Source: Phoronis australis (Eukaryota; Animalia; Phoronida). From it: a stretch of 64,000 nt of DNA. The notes beneath the pieces were generated by a model. It had not been told where the DNA came from. It was given only the letters and a program-made list of their open reading frames with translations, and made no database searches. Below are positions 52,101 to 64,000 of this stretch, in pieces (the first letter of the stretch is position 1; each line of letters starts with the position of its first letter). The translations under genes and the position numbers were made by a program. The stretch spans positions 248,001 to 312,000 of the forward strand of contig NMRA01000101.1 in the NCBI GenBank assembly GCA_002633005.1, in the 5' to 3' direction.

Positions 52101-55100
52101 CTCGTAAAATCAAACTATAATGTCAGATACAGTCAAATATTCAACATCGAGTGCTTTCATCACATTCATAGTCAAATACATGCACACAAGTTAGAGTATT
52201 TAAAGCTCTTTATTTTCTTTAATCACCTAGGCAACAGTTGGATGTTTCAGACAGGCGGATTTTGTTCTGTCGACATATCACCAGTACAAGTTCTCATCTT
52301 AAAGCTGAGGTGAAAAATTCACAAGATAATGGCACGTTGCCTCATCCGGTGATTTGGGAAACAGTAGCTAGGTGGCGCTGTCCATGCATGACTGGTACGC
52401 TACATAGATTTTGGTCTCTCAGGCATTTTAGCAGGTCACTCAATGAATTTTGTTTGTAAGAAACAATAGATTGTTTAACGTATTAAATGATAGATTTAAC
52501 TTTTGGAGTATTAAGTGTCAACAATGGAATGTGGAGACTGACTCTGTTGTTCAATGTCATAACTGTGATCACCACTAGCTGGCGCCCTGTTTCACCAGTA
52601 ACATAAACTAGGAGAGTAGTTATTACCAAACATTGTTGTATACTGCAACCACTTTATTGTGTAGATGTCACAAATTCACACGCTTCTAAAGGTTTGATTT
52701 TTTGACAGTAGTCACTTGTAGATGTTCTAGATTTTGAGAACCAGTTTGAAGTGGATAAAACTGGTTCTCAAAATCTGGAACCATCGTAAGTGCATGAGTT
52801 ACCTTTTTTAATTTTTTCTTATTTAACTTAAGACCTCATTCATACTTGGCAATGCTCAGCTGATCCTGCCAATTGAGTTCTGTCATGCTACGCATGATTG
52901 ACCGATTTTTCTGGTCAATATTAGCTGCAGTGAACTTGAGCCACAGTTACATAAAGCTTCTGACTTTTCAGATAAAAACCAGTCATAAACGGATCCAGTT
53001 CAGCAATAATTGGAGATCATCTGGAGTGTATATCACTTGTTGTCGACCTCTAAAGCTGGTGTTTGGTGCATCGTCAGACAAAGTTTAAATTCATTCACCT
53101 TGCCAATTTCTCAATTTGCACGATTTTGGCAGACTATTGGTCCATTTGTTGATAATGGCCAGAAATGCCTTAGTGATTGTTAGCAGATCCATCGTCACGG
53201 AGTAGCACCAAATTCACATTCTTTAAAATATGAATACTACCTTCGATCTGACTCAAAACCACTGAGACCCAGTGTGTGGGATTCACTGAGCATGACCCAT
53301 TATGTGTATGAAATACAACGTGAGACATGAAACCAATGCTAGTCCGAGGTACTGGGAAAGCAATTGAAGGAGAATGGTGAGCACTGACCATGACTGGTGA
53401 TGAAAATCACTTGAATGCTGGAAAAATTTTGTCTGATGGTGTACTGACACCCGATCAACACTCCCAACAATTTCCTATTGTCAGCTGATAATACCATTGT
53501 TTAACCTCATCGGATCAATGTCAGAATTTTTTGGTCATGATAATTGATACACACTCAAAATGAACAAGGCATTCTTTACCCTGCATATTTGTGTCCTTTG
53601 AAGTAAATGGTTTCATAGCCAACCAGCCAGCTGTATGAATATTAGGGTCAAAATACTGCTGGGAATTGCTGCATGTTAACAACAATTAATAATAGTAATG
53701 GAATAGTGGTGTCTAGAATTACTGTGCAAAACAAAAAGGCGACACGTTACGTAGGCCTTCTACAGAGTCTGACCTGTGGTTACAGACACTGTGGTTTAAT
53801 TTTGCTGCTGTTACTCTTCAAAGCTACCAGCCTGCTCGAGGAATTTTTTGCAAATATTTTTTTAAATGTTTATGTTACCTATTACAGTTTTCACTATAAT
53901 TGCTGTACTTTGGTAAGTGAAACACCAACCGACATGGTGTTCAGATGTTTCATACTCCATCCAGCATTTCGGCACCAGGAATCTGCTCCACCTGTTGTCT
54001 CCTTAATATGTTTCTGCAGGTTACATTGACCTGTTATCACCTGCATTACCAACTGCAGTTGAGACCTGGTCAGACTCAATAGCTTGGTAGTTCGAATGGG
54101 AGTTACCCAGCTCACTAACCTCTTTTGTTCTTCTACAGTTACTTCTGTTAGTCCAAGATGTTTTCTATCCTTTTAATGACCAATCCCTTATTCCATGTTT
54201 GGCTCATCAATCAGCTGCCTCATCACTCTGGATGCCAATGTGTCCAGGCAACTGTGATATGGTTATATTTACTAATATTTAGGTTAGTGATACATTGCTG
54301 AACACTAATGTTACTTCACATTGTTTTTAAGACATTAATAGCTACCTGACTATTAGACAGGATAGCTGCAGGTTTATTTTGGATTCCTTTTCGACCAGTT
54401 CTTCTGCAACTTTAGAAATTGGAAAACTGGGGGTGCATGCAAAATCTGGGAGTCAAATAGCAGTTGCCTTTTTTCACTTAAAGCTTAAGTGAACAATCTA
54501 ATAAATGTCATTTTTGGGCATCATTCCTTGGTGCTTGCAACAAAGAAAAGTCTGTTGTACACTTGTGACACATGAATGCGCTATTTACTAAATTTCTGCA
54601 ACATCTCAGAAAGTCGGTTTGCTGGTATTAGAATACTGATATCTTATAATGAGGTGAAAAACAATTCTGATAATTTGTTTTAAGGTATGCAACCTTGTGG
54701 AAGAAGAACTGTTGATTGAAAAATTAGCAAAACAAAGAACTTGGCCAATAGGTGACGTGCAAGGGAGAGTGTAATTGTCGTTGACATTAATTTTGTGTCA
54801 AATTTTATTGGGTCATTTTTTTACCCATGTTGTTCTGACGTTGTTTATTTAGTACAGCTTGTTCCAAGACTAGCACTCTGGATACAAATTAAAGTGCTTG
54901 CGAAAACATCAGCAGTTTTGATTTTATTTGAATGACTAGCAAAATTACCCTGGCTTGAAGACATTCCAATTACTGGTATTTTTGTTCCCAGTGAAAATGC
55001 TTATTAAAATACTAGCGGGTATTTGGTTTAGTCAGTGGTGGTAATTAAGCATACAGAGTGTACATCACTCAGTTGTTGTTGTCTGCCAAAAGATGTCACT

Positions 55101-58100
55101 TCAGTTTTCTATAATGAATCTTGCTGTGTTGTCTGCTGAAATGTAGGATCAAATCCTCAAAACCAGTAGCTGGGTACAGAAATTACCGGTACTAATGTTT
55201 GGAACAATGTTAAAGTTTGTTGGTATTAGTCATGTTTAGAACATGCCTCAGTGTTCTGTAGGTGCACATGTCTTTTCTTCAGATCACTTGATAAAGTGCC
55301 AAGACTGCCCATCGTATTCCTGTGATCAAGCATCAAATTCCAAGGTAAATTAAAAGTTGGTTGTGACAGTTGATGAGCACTGTCTTCTCCAAGTAGATCT
55401 ACTTAATGTGCCAAGTTATACGTTAAGGACTGTTTTAGTATTCAAGTCCATGTAGTTTAATGCATAGCATTGCGAATCTCACATTGTAACAAGCAAAAGT
55501 AGTATAAACAGAATGTTGCGAAAACAACTAAAGCATTTTGTTTAGAAACAACATAAAGCAAGCTAACACTGTCAACTTTTTAAAGATTGGAACTTTGGCT
55601 TCAGTTATTTTGTTAAAACCTTGACTTAAAAACACCAGGGTTTCTCATTTGTGTGGATGGGTTGTAGTATTTGAAATACAAAACACCAGGTTTTCCATAA
55701 GACTTGAGATTTCTTTTACCTATATTCAGCATGCTCAAGCCACTCTCCTGTAATCCTCTTGTCTGGGTCAATTGTGTGTGAATTGTAAATATTTGAACAC
55801 TTCATGCCTATGTGTTTGATTTCACCATAGTGATCTCAAGTGTTTGAGATTCTGTGGTGAGATCTATTGTGTGTTGGTGAATTGTACATTGCGTAGTAGA
55901 ATTTATTTTTTGAGATGTGACCCACTTGATAGCTGTGCTAGCCTGGCAAATGCCAAAGTCAAATGTTTGCTGATCACTGCCCACAATGCTAAGAATGTTC
56001 AGAGATTACAATGATAATGTTATGATAATATTATGATAATGATAATTTTTGTGTCATGGGTTCAGTAAGGAAAGACAAGATTCCATTGACTACAGTTTCA
56101 CTCTTTTATTTCAACCTTCACAAAATACCCAACCCACTATGCTCTATCCTCTCATTGCTCCAATTACAATTACCCCAAGGCGAGGTTTCCATTATTTTGC
56201 AGATGTGTATATGCATAATTAAAATGGCTGCCTGTCCCTCCACAGTCATAATTATTATTAACAATATAAATTATAGGGACACCGTGGGTTTTGCAATGCC
56301 GATGTTAAAATAAGAATATTTATATTAAATAAACGATCAGTTTCGGTGAGTTTTTAAGTCATGCTTTTTGCTTTGTATAAGATTGTTTGTCTTCACTGAT
56401 TCAGTTTTTAGTCACAGTAGCATCAGTCCAAGTTTCATTCCTCAGTGGTCATAGTGAGAACGAAACCAACTTCAAGTAACAGTTCTGGAGGTGTCGTTGC
56501 TGATGATGATAACAGCACGTCAATTAATTCTAATTTGTGATAACTATATTCTATGCAGTTGCAATAGCAATGCAAAGCTGTCTTTATTGCACTGAGTGTT
56601 GACTGAAATTTGTGACAAACTTTCTCTTCCTTACAGCCTGATGGTGACATTGATTTGTGTTGCACCCAAGGAAGCGTTGTGACCCACTTAACAACACACA
56701 AAGTGCCCTCTGTTGTCTATGATTCCATCTTAGACTGCATTGAAAATAGCAGCAGTTCTGGGAGCAATCTGGTGTCTTTTCAAGCAACAATTCTTCGAGT
56801 TTTTTGTTCCAAATTGTCAAGGAATGACATCAGGTAAACACTTCTGAGTGAAAATTCCAGTCCCTGTTAAACTTTCTTTATTTTCTATCATGGTGGTCTA
56901 GGTGGAAACTAATGGTCTATTTTATTTGCTAAATAATTCAAAAAAGTAAATAAGTCTTGCGTCAGCATTTTGCCTTGTGTAGATTTCCAAATGAAGAAAA
57001 GTACACAATTTACAAAGTGCCAAATCTGCTGACTAAATTTCAAAAAATCTGTTTATTTAAAAACATTAAGTTAAATAGACTAATAGGAATGACAATAGGC
57101 TCATCTGTTCTGACTTCCCCAATTCCATGTTTTAATTATGTTCATGCACCACTCATGAGAGACTGGATAATAGCCAGACATGGATTTTGGGGATGGTCTT
57201 GGGTGATTTGGTTATGTAATAGCTATTCAAAAATAAAGCATTGAAAAGCATCATTTACTTTAATTTATAAATTCAGTGTATTCATGATCTGCAAGAACTG
57301 TTGCATTATTGCATCGCTGTTGGAAATGAAACAAAGATCCGATGCCTTGGTGGAACATGGCACTAAATTTCTTGAATCAGGGCTTTCTAATTTTTGTCCA
57401 CTTTTGTTGTCAAATGTCAACAAGATGGTTTTTGCTTAGTGTTAAGAGGAGTTTCTGTAATGAGGTCATGGCAAGGATGTTTGAACTACGGATGCTGTTT
57501 ATAAACTATGTCAACCTCTGCTCATGTGAAATAACTAGGTGGAGGCTGGTTGTTGAAGACTTGTATGGATGTTTCTGTGAGGTGGTCTTGCCAGAAAAAT
57601 GTGAACAACTTCAGTCATGGGCGGATGTCATCAGCAAGGGGGAAGGCTCTGTGTGTGTCTTCAAAGATCTTGAAGTGAAACAGAGAATTACAAAAGACAG
57701 GTAAAGGCTCACTATAGAGTGATTTGAGTGTTAAGTTTGTTTGAATCAAATGATGGCAGAAATGATCTTTAAGATAACTGTATTCTCCATTGGCCTGAAG
57801 TTGTGAATCTTAGCATGAAATTTAGTTGGTTGTTGCATTCCCAGAATTTCCTCCAATGACCGATGATGTGGTCTTCAGACATAAATTATTCTGTCAAATA
57901 TGTGATTTTTCTCTCTCTTAAACCTGTCTTCAGTCCACAGTCAGTTTTATCATGACACTGAATATTGTTCAGCAGTTTGTTCCAGGCTCTTGAGTCATGA
58001 CCATTATGTTCAGACAAAAATGTGCGGAATAAGACCAGCCAATAAGAGTAATTAGAGTTTATAATTGACAACAATTTATTGAGGAAAAGACCATTTATTT

Positions 58101-61100
58101 TGTTATTAATTCAAACACATTTGAAAACAATTGTAATGCATTTTGCTTAGCACTGGTGTTCTGAGTGAGACTGCCTTTGTAAAGGGCTAAGGACCCAGCA
58201 TAAAGTACTCATTTGTGGTTTATTGCCATGGCCTTACAAAACTAAAAAATCTGAATCCATCCTAGGACATTTTGAGACAATCCATAAACAGTGCCATGTA
58301 AAAGTATTAGAATGCCTTCATTACCAAGAATCAAAGTTCTAATAAATAAGTATTTAATGTGTTCACAGTCTATCCATAAATTATAAAGTATATTTTATGA
58401 AAATACTTAATATGTGCATGAGTCTTCATATTCACACGATTCTATTTTTTAAAGCAAAGTAATTTTTCATGGAAATTGCCAAATTTTCCACAAAAAGGAA
58501 TTCTGCTCTCACGAAACTTTAAAATTCTGTTCTTTTATTCCATTAGGAACAAAAACTTGCCTGAGATTTTCTTTTAAGGCTTTTAGCCTGACAGCTCTGT
58601 ATTTTTTCAATAATGACGTCTTCATTTTTGGTAGCAGAGCGCTCCTGGCTAAAATGCCTTTCAGAAGATCCAAACACGCTTTTGTAGTGAATAGAATAAA
58701 CAGAATTTGCTAATTTCACGTGAAACATCGTGTTAGTGAAAATTACGGCAAGATTTTTTATGAAGAACTGCAGCCACATAGTTACGAACATTTGTGCAAT
58801 ATCTTAAATTTGTCCGTCCATAAAAAACTTCTGTGGTCATCAAAAGTTTTTAAAATGTATACTTTGCGTGTCTACAATTAAGCATTCATTACCTATTTTA
58901 GATCCTTGTTAGCAAAGATATTCTTTTCAGTGTCATCTTAAGTATGAGCAATGTTAAGTTTTAAGAAATTATTCTCAAATACTCAAAATGCACACCAGTC
59001 TGCACTTTGCTATGACATTTTTAAAAACATGCGAGTGACCCGCTGTCTTGATGACCAGCAATACCCCCTTGGTAATCTTGTGAGCATGTTGAGCAGACGA
59101 TTAATAGGAATACCAGCGCTGGATGTCGCAGGACCGTGCACAATCAGAAACAAATTGGTTCATGACTACAGGGTCTTGCCATCTTTAAGGCTCCAGAGGA
59201 TGCTTTTTCTTATTGTGAGATTAATTTATAAGTTGATTTAATTTAAGGTAACTCGTTTAATAGGTGATTTCTTTTAAAACTTGTTATGATTATGTTCAAT
59301 ATTTATGTGCATTGTAGCTCATTCTTTCCTTGATCAAATTTTGAATATCTCATTCTTAAGAAATACATGTTTTATTTGAAATTTCATACTCAAGGTCCAT
59401 CAAAAAGTCAAACTGCTGTACTGTATGAGGCTCACATTATCACTGGTGGCTTTCAAGGATGTTGCTGTACCCTGATTTATTTTCATTTTAGTTGTCCTGG
59501 TTTGTTTACCCTTATCGAGAGTCTTTGGGCCCCATCTCAAGTGACTGCCCGAAAGGTGGATAGTCAAAACAGCACTGAAAATGTAAGATCTCGGTCTTTG
59601 CATTATATTATCTGTTGTGTTTGTAAGACACTATATGAAGCTAAATTTTAACTAGGGTGTAGATACAATTCTGAACACCAATTTGATTCTCTAAAAACCA
59701 TGCACAGACCAGCAAACACCAAGCTTGTGGTTCAGATTTCGTAGGATTTTAAAAAAAATTCCAAAGTTGGCTAACTTTGGAAATGGCTGATCAGGTTGAG
59801 GTGAAACTTTCGCACGCTGTGTTTTATGCACAGTTGTCCATGATGCTATTAGGAATTGCTTTTTAAACTTCACCTTTGCAAGACGGGCTATCTGAAATAA
59901 GACTTAATGTATGATTTTTATGAAAAACATAAAGTTGCATGAAACGAAAACTGTTACTGCATTTTTTTGAGATATGTTGAATATTTAAATCGTACAAAAT
60001 TTGGTCTTGTTATTGAATGGATACTGTTGTTTTGATAATGCACCTTTTGCTAATACTTACTAAAGACATGGTCACATGACCCAATTAATTGCATGGATTT
60101 GTAATTTGAAGCACAGATTTGGCATTTTAAGGTCTGGGACTGGGACCGAAGATGTAATTCAGAGGCAGAGCCATAGAATCATTTGTACGCTATCTATCTT
60201 GGGTGGTTATTTCATTTTTAGCTTTTCTTAAGATAAATAACTGCTACCTGTTAATAATAAATTGCTTTAGGAATGCTCCAGTGGACCTGCCAAGACACCT
60301 CCCCATTTCTGCTACCAAGTGTCTGTACTGAGGCACCAGTCAAAGTGTGACCTCACTAAACAGAAGTCTGTGCGAGACTTGACCAGTGTCCATCCCCGTA
60401 CTCTTCGGGAGATCCTACAGGTGAGTGGGAGGGTATGTGTGATGTTAAGATGGTGGGTTGAGGTAGAGAATGATGTTAAGTCTCAGCCCATTGTGGGGTG
60501 AAACAGCAAAAAGCCGTAATGTATCTTCTTGTGATCGAATTTCTATTGCACCCTTCCTTCTTTTGTAGGTAGACCTTTTATTTGAAAGAAAGGCAGAATA
60601 CTTGTGTTATTAGGAAAAATTTCTACAAATTTGCTCTTGATTCTTGTATTCATTGCACAGTAGATGCATGCATTATTACTTCTAATACAATCTTGGACTC
60701 TTTTGTGTTGGTCAAACTCTAGATTTCCATTACAAGAAGAAGTTTCTACCCCAAACATTATTGGATATTGACTTTAGCCTGGTTTTAGTAATTCTAGCAC
60801 ATCATATTCAGGTGTTGTGTTCCTTGTGAAACCAGAGAAGCAGATTTGTATTAGAATACTTGTGTCTTTCGAGAGACCTTTGGGTGAATATGTCGAATTT
60901 TAAAATCCGCCCAGTGGACGTAGCCGCCCTGGTTGTTTTGGTCTTGCTGCTCACTTCAACTTTGAAAGTGGTGACAGCACCATGCTGAGTGTAGGTTAGG
61001 GTTCGCCTGACTCATGTTATAAACCAACCTTGTCTGATTTCACTGAAAAATTGCTCCTACATATTTTTGTGTTATCGTTGGGTGAATTTGTCTTTATTGT

Positions 61101-62852
61101 AAACAACTATCCGTAATTCATTTTTGAAGCATCAAAATTAACCCAGAAATAGCAAAGTTACCGCTTGTGCTTTATGGCTTAAATCTTGAATACTCCAGCA
61201 CACTGTCCAAAATAGGGCTCACAAAATAAATCTGCCACCAACCTGAGACAGTCATGTGAGGATAGCCCTATCTTACCTGTATGTTGGTGACTAAAGTTTG
61301 CAGGAAACTTCAATAATTCACCTATCAAATGATATTTGAAGAAAATATGTTTGTAGTTCTGGCACTCAACCTTTAGTGAGACTTTGTAATTTTTCTGTAC
61401 TCACTATGTGCCCGCCCAAGGTTAAATAAGACAATTGTTTTACTATTCTGACATTATGCATTGTTAGTTGATTACATATTTCACTTAATATTAATCCAAG
61501 TTTAAATTGACCAAAGGGTCAAGTAAAGTGTGTGTGCACTAAACCGGCTGTCCATTAGAGGGTCAGGATCCCTGTGCCGTGTGCAAATACCACCCAAGCA
61601 CATATATTCATGATTGGATACCAATTATTGACCCCAGGGAAAATGTTTACTCATTCTTCCATGTGTAAACTAACCACAAATCCTTTAAGCTAATTTAGAC
61701 TTGATTGACCAGAATGAAATATCCAGGCACCTACTTTTGTTATTCCTAATCTAATTACCATGGCGATAACCTTGGAGAGATCTTTACTCAATGTACAGTG
61801 GGGTAACTTGGAGGCAACATTGGTCAGTTCAGGGTGCCTAATCCACCTTTGGAGACCTCTGTGAAAATGCATAGATTGTTAAGGCTGGTCTATGTTTGCT
61901 GTCCCATTATGTAAACAGATAATCCTTCATGCCAATATTGTGAAGTGACCACTATGTGGTATCTGGGCACCTCCTGGCTTTCTATGTCAATATTCAGAGG
62001 CAATGACCTTGTTTTTCCTCAGTAAATCCGCTGGTGAACTGGTTCTAGCAGATTGCATTTAAGCTCACTGAAGTTTGGGATTATTGCAATAAGTCAAAAT
62101 TATTGTTGTTGAAATTGTATACAACATGATGGACTGTCGTGGAAAAATCACCACCATTTGATGATCAAGCATTAGACAAGTGTGAAGCCAACACAGTAGT
62201 TCATTAAACTCACTTGGTGTACATAGGCTGGTGTGTTATACCATCTTGTAATCCACAACTCATATTATGTCATGACTTATGTACTTACTGGGTGTAAAAT
62301 GAGAACCCTTAAGCTCTCCACCAATTGAGCGGACAATATGGCTGACAAGTCAGGAATTCTATTTGTCAAGTTTCTCCTAAAAAATTAATGCTAAATTAGT
62401 TTAGTCTATTGCTAGCATGGTTTCTACTGTGTATAGATGTCAACAACATTAAATTTTGGTAATTAAAAAGTGTATCCATTATTTGCCCTAAGGCAGTTGT
62501 CTTCAGAAAGGACAATTTTGTGCTAAGTAACTGGAAGATTACCTTAACCCGCAGGGATCGTTAACTTCAATATTTTCTCTATGTAACCAACATATGGTAT
62601 TGCAGGACTTCCTAGCTTAGAAAATAGTTTTTATCAATAAAGAAAACCTAGAAAATTAAGGCCACAATTTCTGTAGCGTTCAAAGATTATGCATAAGTGG
62701 ATTTTTCATACTTTGATAGAATTGAAGCAGTTAAATGTTACTGATACAGTTTTTGAAATGTGCCATTTTACTTTCAGATGTCTGACAGTACTGAAGAATC
62801 GCTGCGCCTCAGTTGTTATGCCAAGTTGCTCTGTATGTTGGAGTTGAATGAG
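40189..62852 (+). CDS. SPIDR: DNA repair-scaffolding protein (SPIDR/KIAA0146), 5' portion; runs past the window end, and at least one internal exon was not located
   Basis: Exons: 40163(ATG 40189)-40297, 41537-41937, 43505-43582, [missing], 51388-51580, 52231-52394, 55262-55344, 56637-56833, 57539-57700, 59492-59582, 60271-60420, 62778-62852. Motifs occur in the order I recall for SPIDR: WQRCGEGF, LNEIEWNSS, DCITVHPPWQQL, DSILDCIE, LVVEDLYGCFCEV...GEG, PGLFTLIESLW, PPHFCY, RTLREILQ. Confidence 0.85.
43956..44718. repeat. 31-bp tandem satellite, about 24.6 apparently identical copies, truncated by the N gap at 44719
   Basis: Unit aaggatattatcactaattgttagaccattg, head-to-tail with no spacers. 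Confidence 0.98.
45561..45566 (-). terminator. Candidate polyadenylation signal of the nested gene
   Basis: AATAAA on - about 140 nt after the stop. Confidence 0.5.
45703..49016 (-). CDS. Nested two-exon gene: secreted protein (about 295 aa) with signal peptide, short coiled coil and one Caspr/neurexin-IV-type fibrinogen-like domain
   Basis: Exon 1 49016-48737 (MTPYMFTKALVTAVNLFVVQLVAQG...IGKLRDDMKAMQAKISEIEARL...EG|gtagga). Exon 2 46310-45703 (ttgcag|...HKSC...GYFMVDPDGEG..PF.AYCNM...HHDS...Y.A...QIEAL...S..C.QFIRYDC...W.SRDG..M.YWGGA.PG..KCACG...C......CNCD.ND..W..D.GYLTDK..IPV....FGD.......FTLGPLVCY*). The phase-1 junction matches. The motif string is typical of the contactin-associated-protein fibrinogen-like region. 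Confidence 0.85.
49090..49095 (-). promoter_or_regulatory. Candidate TATA box of the nested gene
   Basis: TATAAA on - about 75 nt upstream of ATG 49016. An AP-1-like TGACTCA lies at 49039-49045. Confidence 0.5.
49416..49878. mobile_element. MITE, about 460 bp, PIF/Harbinger-like
   Basis: Imperfect TIRs aggctctttcatattgac / gttagtatgaaaggccct flanked by TTA/TAA-like sequence; internal repeated gttaactgg, gtcgacg and ttcatact motifs; CpG-richer than the flanks. Confidence 0.55.
51679..51790 (+). repeat. Dispersed repeat fragment with a second diverged copy at about 62334-62448
   Basis: caatatggc.gacaagt...aattctattt.gt.aa.tt.ctcc...tttagtctatt...agcatggttt.t....gtgta...caacat occurs at both places. 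Confidence 0.65.
52713..52791. repeat. About 80-bp hairpin related to the 25912-26011 MITE
   Basis: cactt..agatgttctagattttgagaaccagttt ... aaactggttctcaaaatctggaaccatc.taagtg. Confidence 0.75.
53890..54300 (-). mobile_element. Decayed non-LTR retrotransposon fragment (RNase H plus C-terminal zinc-knuckle region)
   Basis: The - strand reads LPGHIGIQSDEAAD (RNase H PGHxGIxGNExAD motif, about 54210-54250), followed by LLSLTRSQLQLVMQVITGQCNLQKH...SWCR, typical of the C-terminus of I/LOA-group LINE ORF2. It is frameshifted. Confidence 0.75.
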
Positions 62853-64000
62853 GTCAGATGAGAATGATTTTTGATGTGTTTTATTGTTCATCTGGAGGTT
62901 GATAAAGAACAGAAATATTAGTAAAAACAGAGACATGGTCTAATAACAAACATGAACAAGTATTAAGTTTTTGTATACACGCAATCAACTTAGTTTCAAT
63001 TAATTTTTTTTTTTTCACTAATATCCATTCTTATAACACTATGTGCCCACATTTATATCGCTTGACTGCGATGCATAAGCTCCTAATAAAAGCTCTGTCA
63101 ACATCTATAATGTCCACTTCTCTTAAAACTCTCAGAAGTTATTAAAATGACAATAAATATAAGCCGGGATTAATATATAATAATGATAAACATAAGTGTC
63201 TGAAGTAAATTGGTGTTTCTTGCACCAGAACGTGACTGAGCCACCTGCACCATTTCATGGATAATTCTCTTACAAGAAAAACACGCATTTCTGAAGATGT
63301 GCGGGAATTTTCACTGCTGCTGCTTCAGCCTTGTATGGTGCAACTTGCACTAGGATCAAAGCGAGCACGGCGCCAGAGTCAGACGAAGTTGTGATGTCCA
63401 CATTGTCCAGTTTGAGCTAGACTCAATTAAGTGTAATTACCCACAAACTATAGTAAACATCTCTGCATGTACATAGTGGCGAATTTTCGAAATACATATT
63501 AAGCCAATAATTTTCGTTTAAAATAAACAATATGCCAGACTCAGCCTGAAAAAACAAGGTAGTATGGTTTTCGATTTTTAAATATTGATGAACTATTAAC
63601 TTAAAACTACAGATGTTGGTTACGTATTGAAGATAAACTATCGTGTGTATTGATATACTCGGAAGATTTACAAACGGTGATCATTATTAGCAATACCAAG
63701 TGGTTTATTCTCTTAATATACAACAAAACTAAATTACACCCAGTGACCAAATTAGATGTCAGTAACTTTTAAGACAGCGCTTATCACCTAGTCGTGTCGA
63801 ACTAGTTTATTCGAGGAGTAGCACGCTATCCGAAAAACTGGTAGTCGGTAATCAGCTGGCAGTGGAACACGTGTCATGAAGAATAACTGTGGTTAGCTTC
63901 AAAATCAATGAGAAAATCCAAGTGCTAGATGAGGTGGCTCAGTGGTCACCGGCTAACTTGCAAGTTTCATTGACGATCAAAATTTGCCACTGTTCTAGCA

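Noticed and set aside
63932-63960. tRNA/SINE A-box-like GGTGGCTCAGTGG
   Set aside because: No B-box or cloverleaf is visible before the window ends.

Overview
This is AT-rich, intron-rich DNA from an animal genome, probably a marine invertebrate (taxon inferred, not established), so most ORFs in the supplied track are spurious or exon fragments. Reading splice sites by hand gives three conserved multi-exon genes. (1) The 3' part of LRRC43 (+, 58..12584). (2) A complete EDC4/Ge-1 decapping scaffold gene (-, 15153..36384, 26 coding exons, about 1288 aa), tail-to-tail with LRRC43. (3) The 5' part of SPIDR (+, about 40189 to beyond 62852), head-to-head with EDC4 across a compact promoter carrying TCTCGCGAGA, E2F-like, YY1-like and ETS-like motifs. 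A two-exon antisense gene nested in a SPIDR intron (-, 45703..49016) encodes a small secreted coiled-coil plus Caspr/neurexin-IV-type fibrinogen-like protein. Other notable signals are a U12-type intron in EDC4, two frame-preserving Arg/Ser/Lys-rich candidate cassette exons in LRRC43, decayed tandem copies of the EDC4 C-terminus in its 3' UTR, a duplicated splice donor, several MITEs, an RNase H-bearing LINE remnant, a 31-bp satellite and two single-N assembly gaps. No CRISPR, rRNA or tRNA was found. All homology calls come from remembered family motifs, not database searches.
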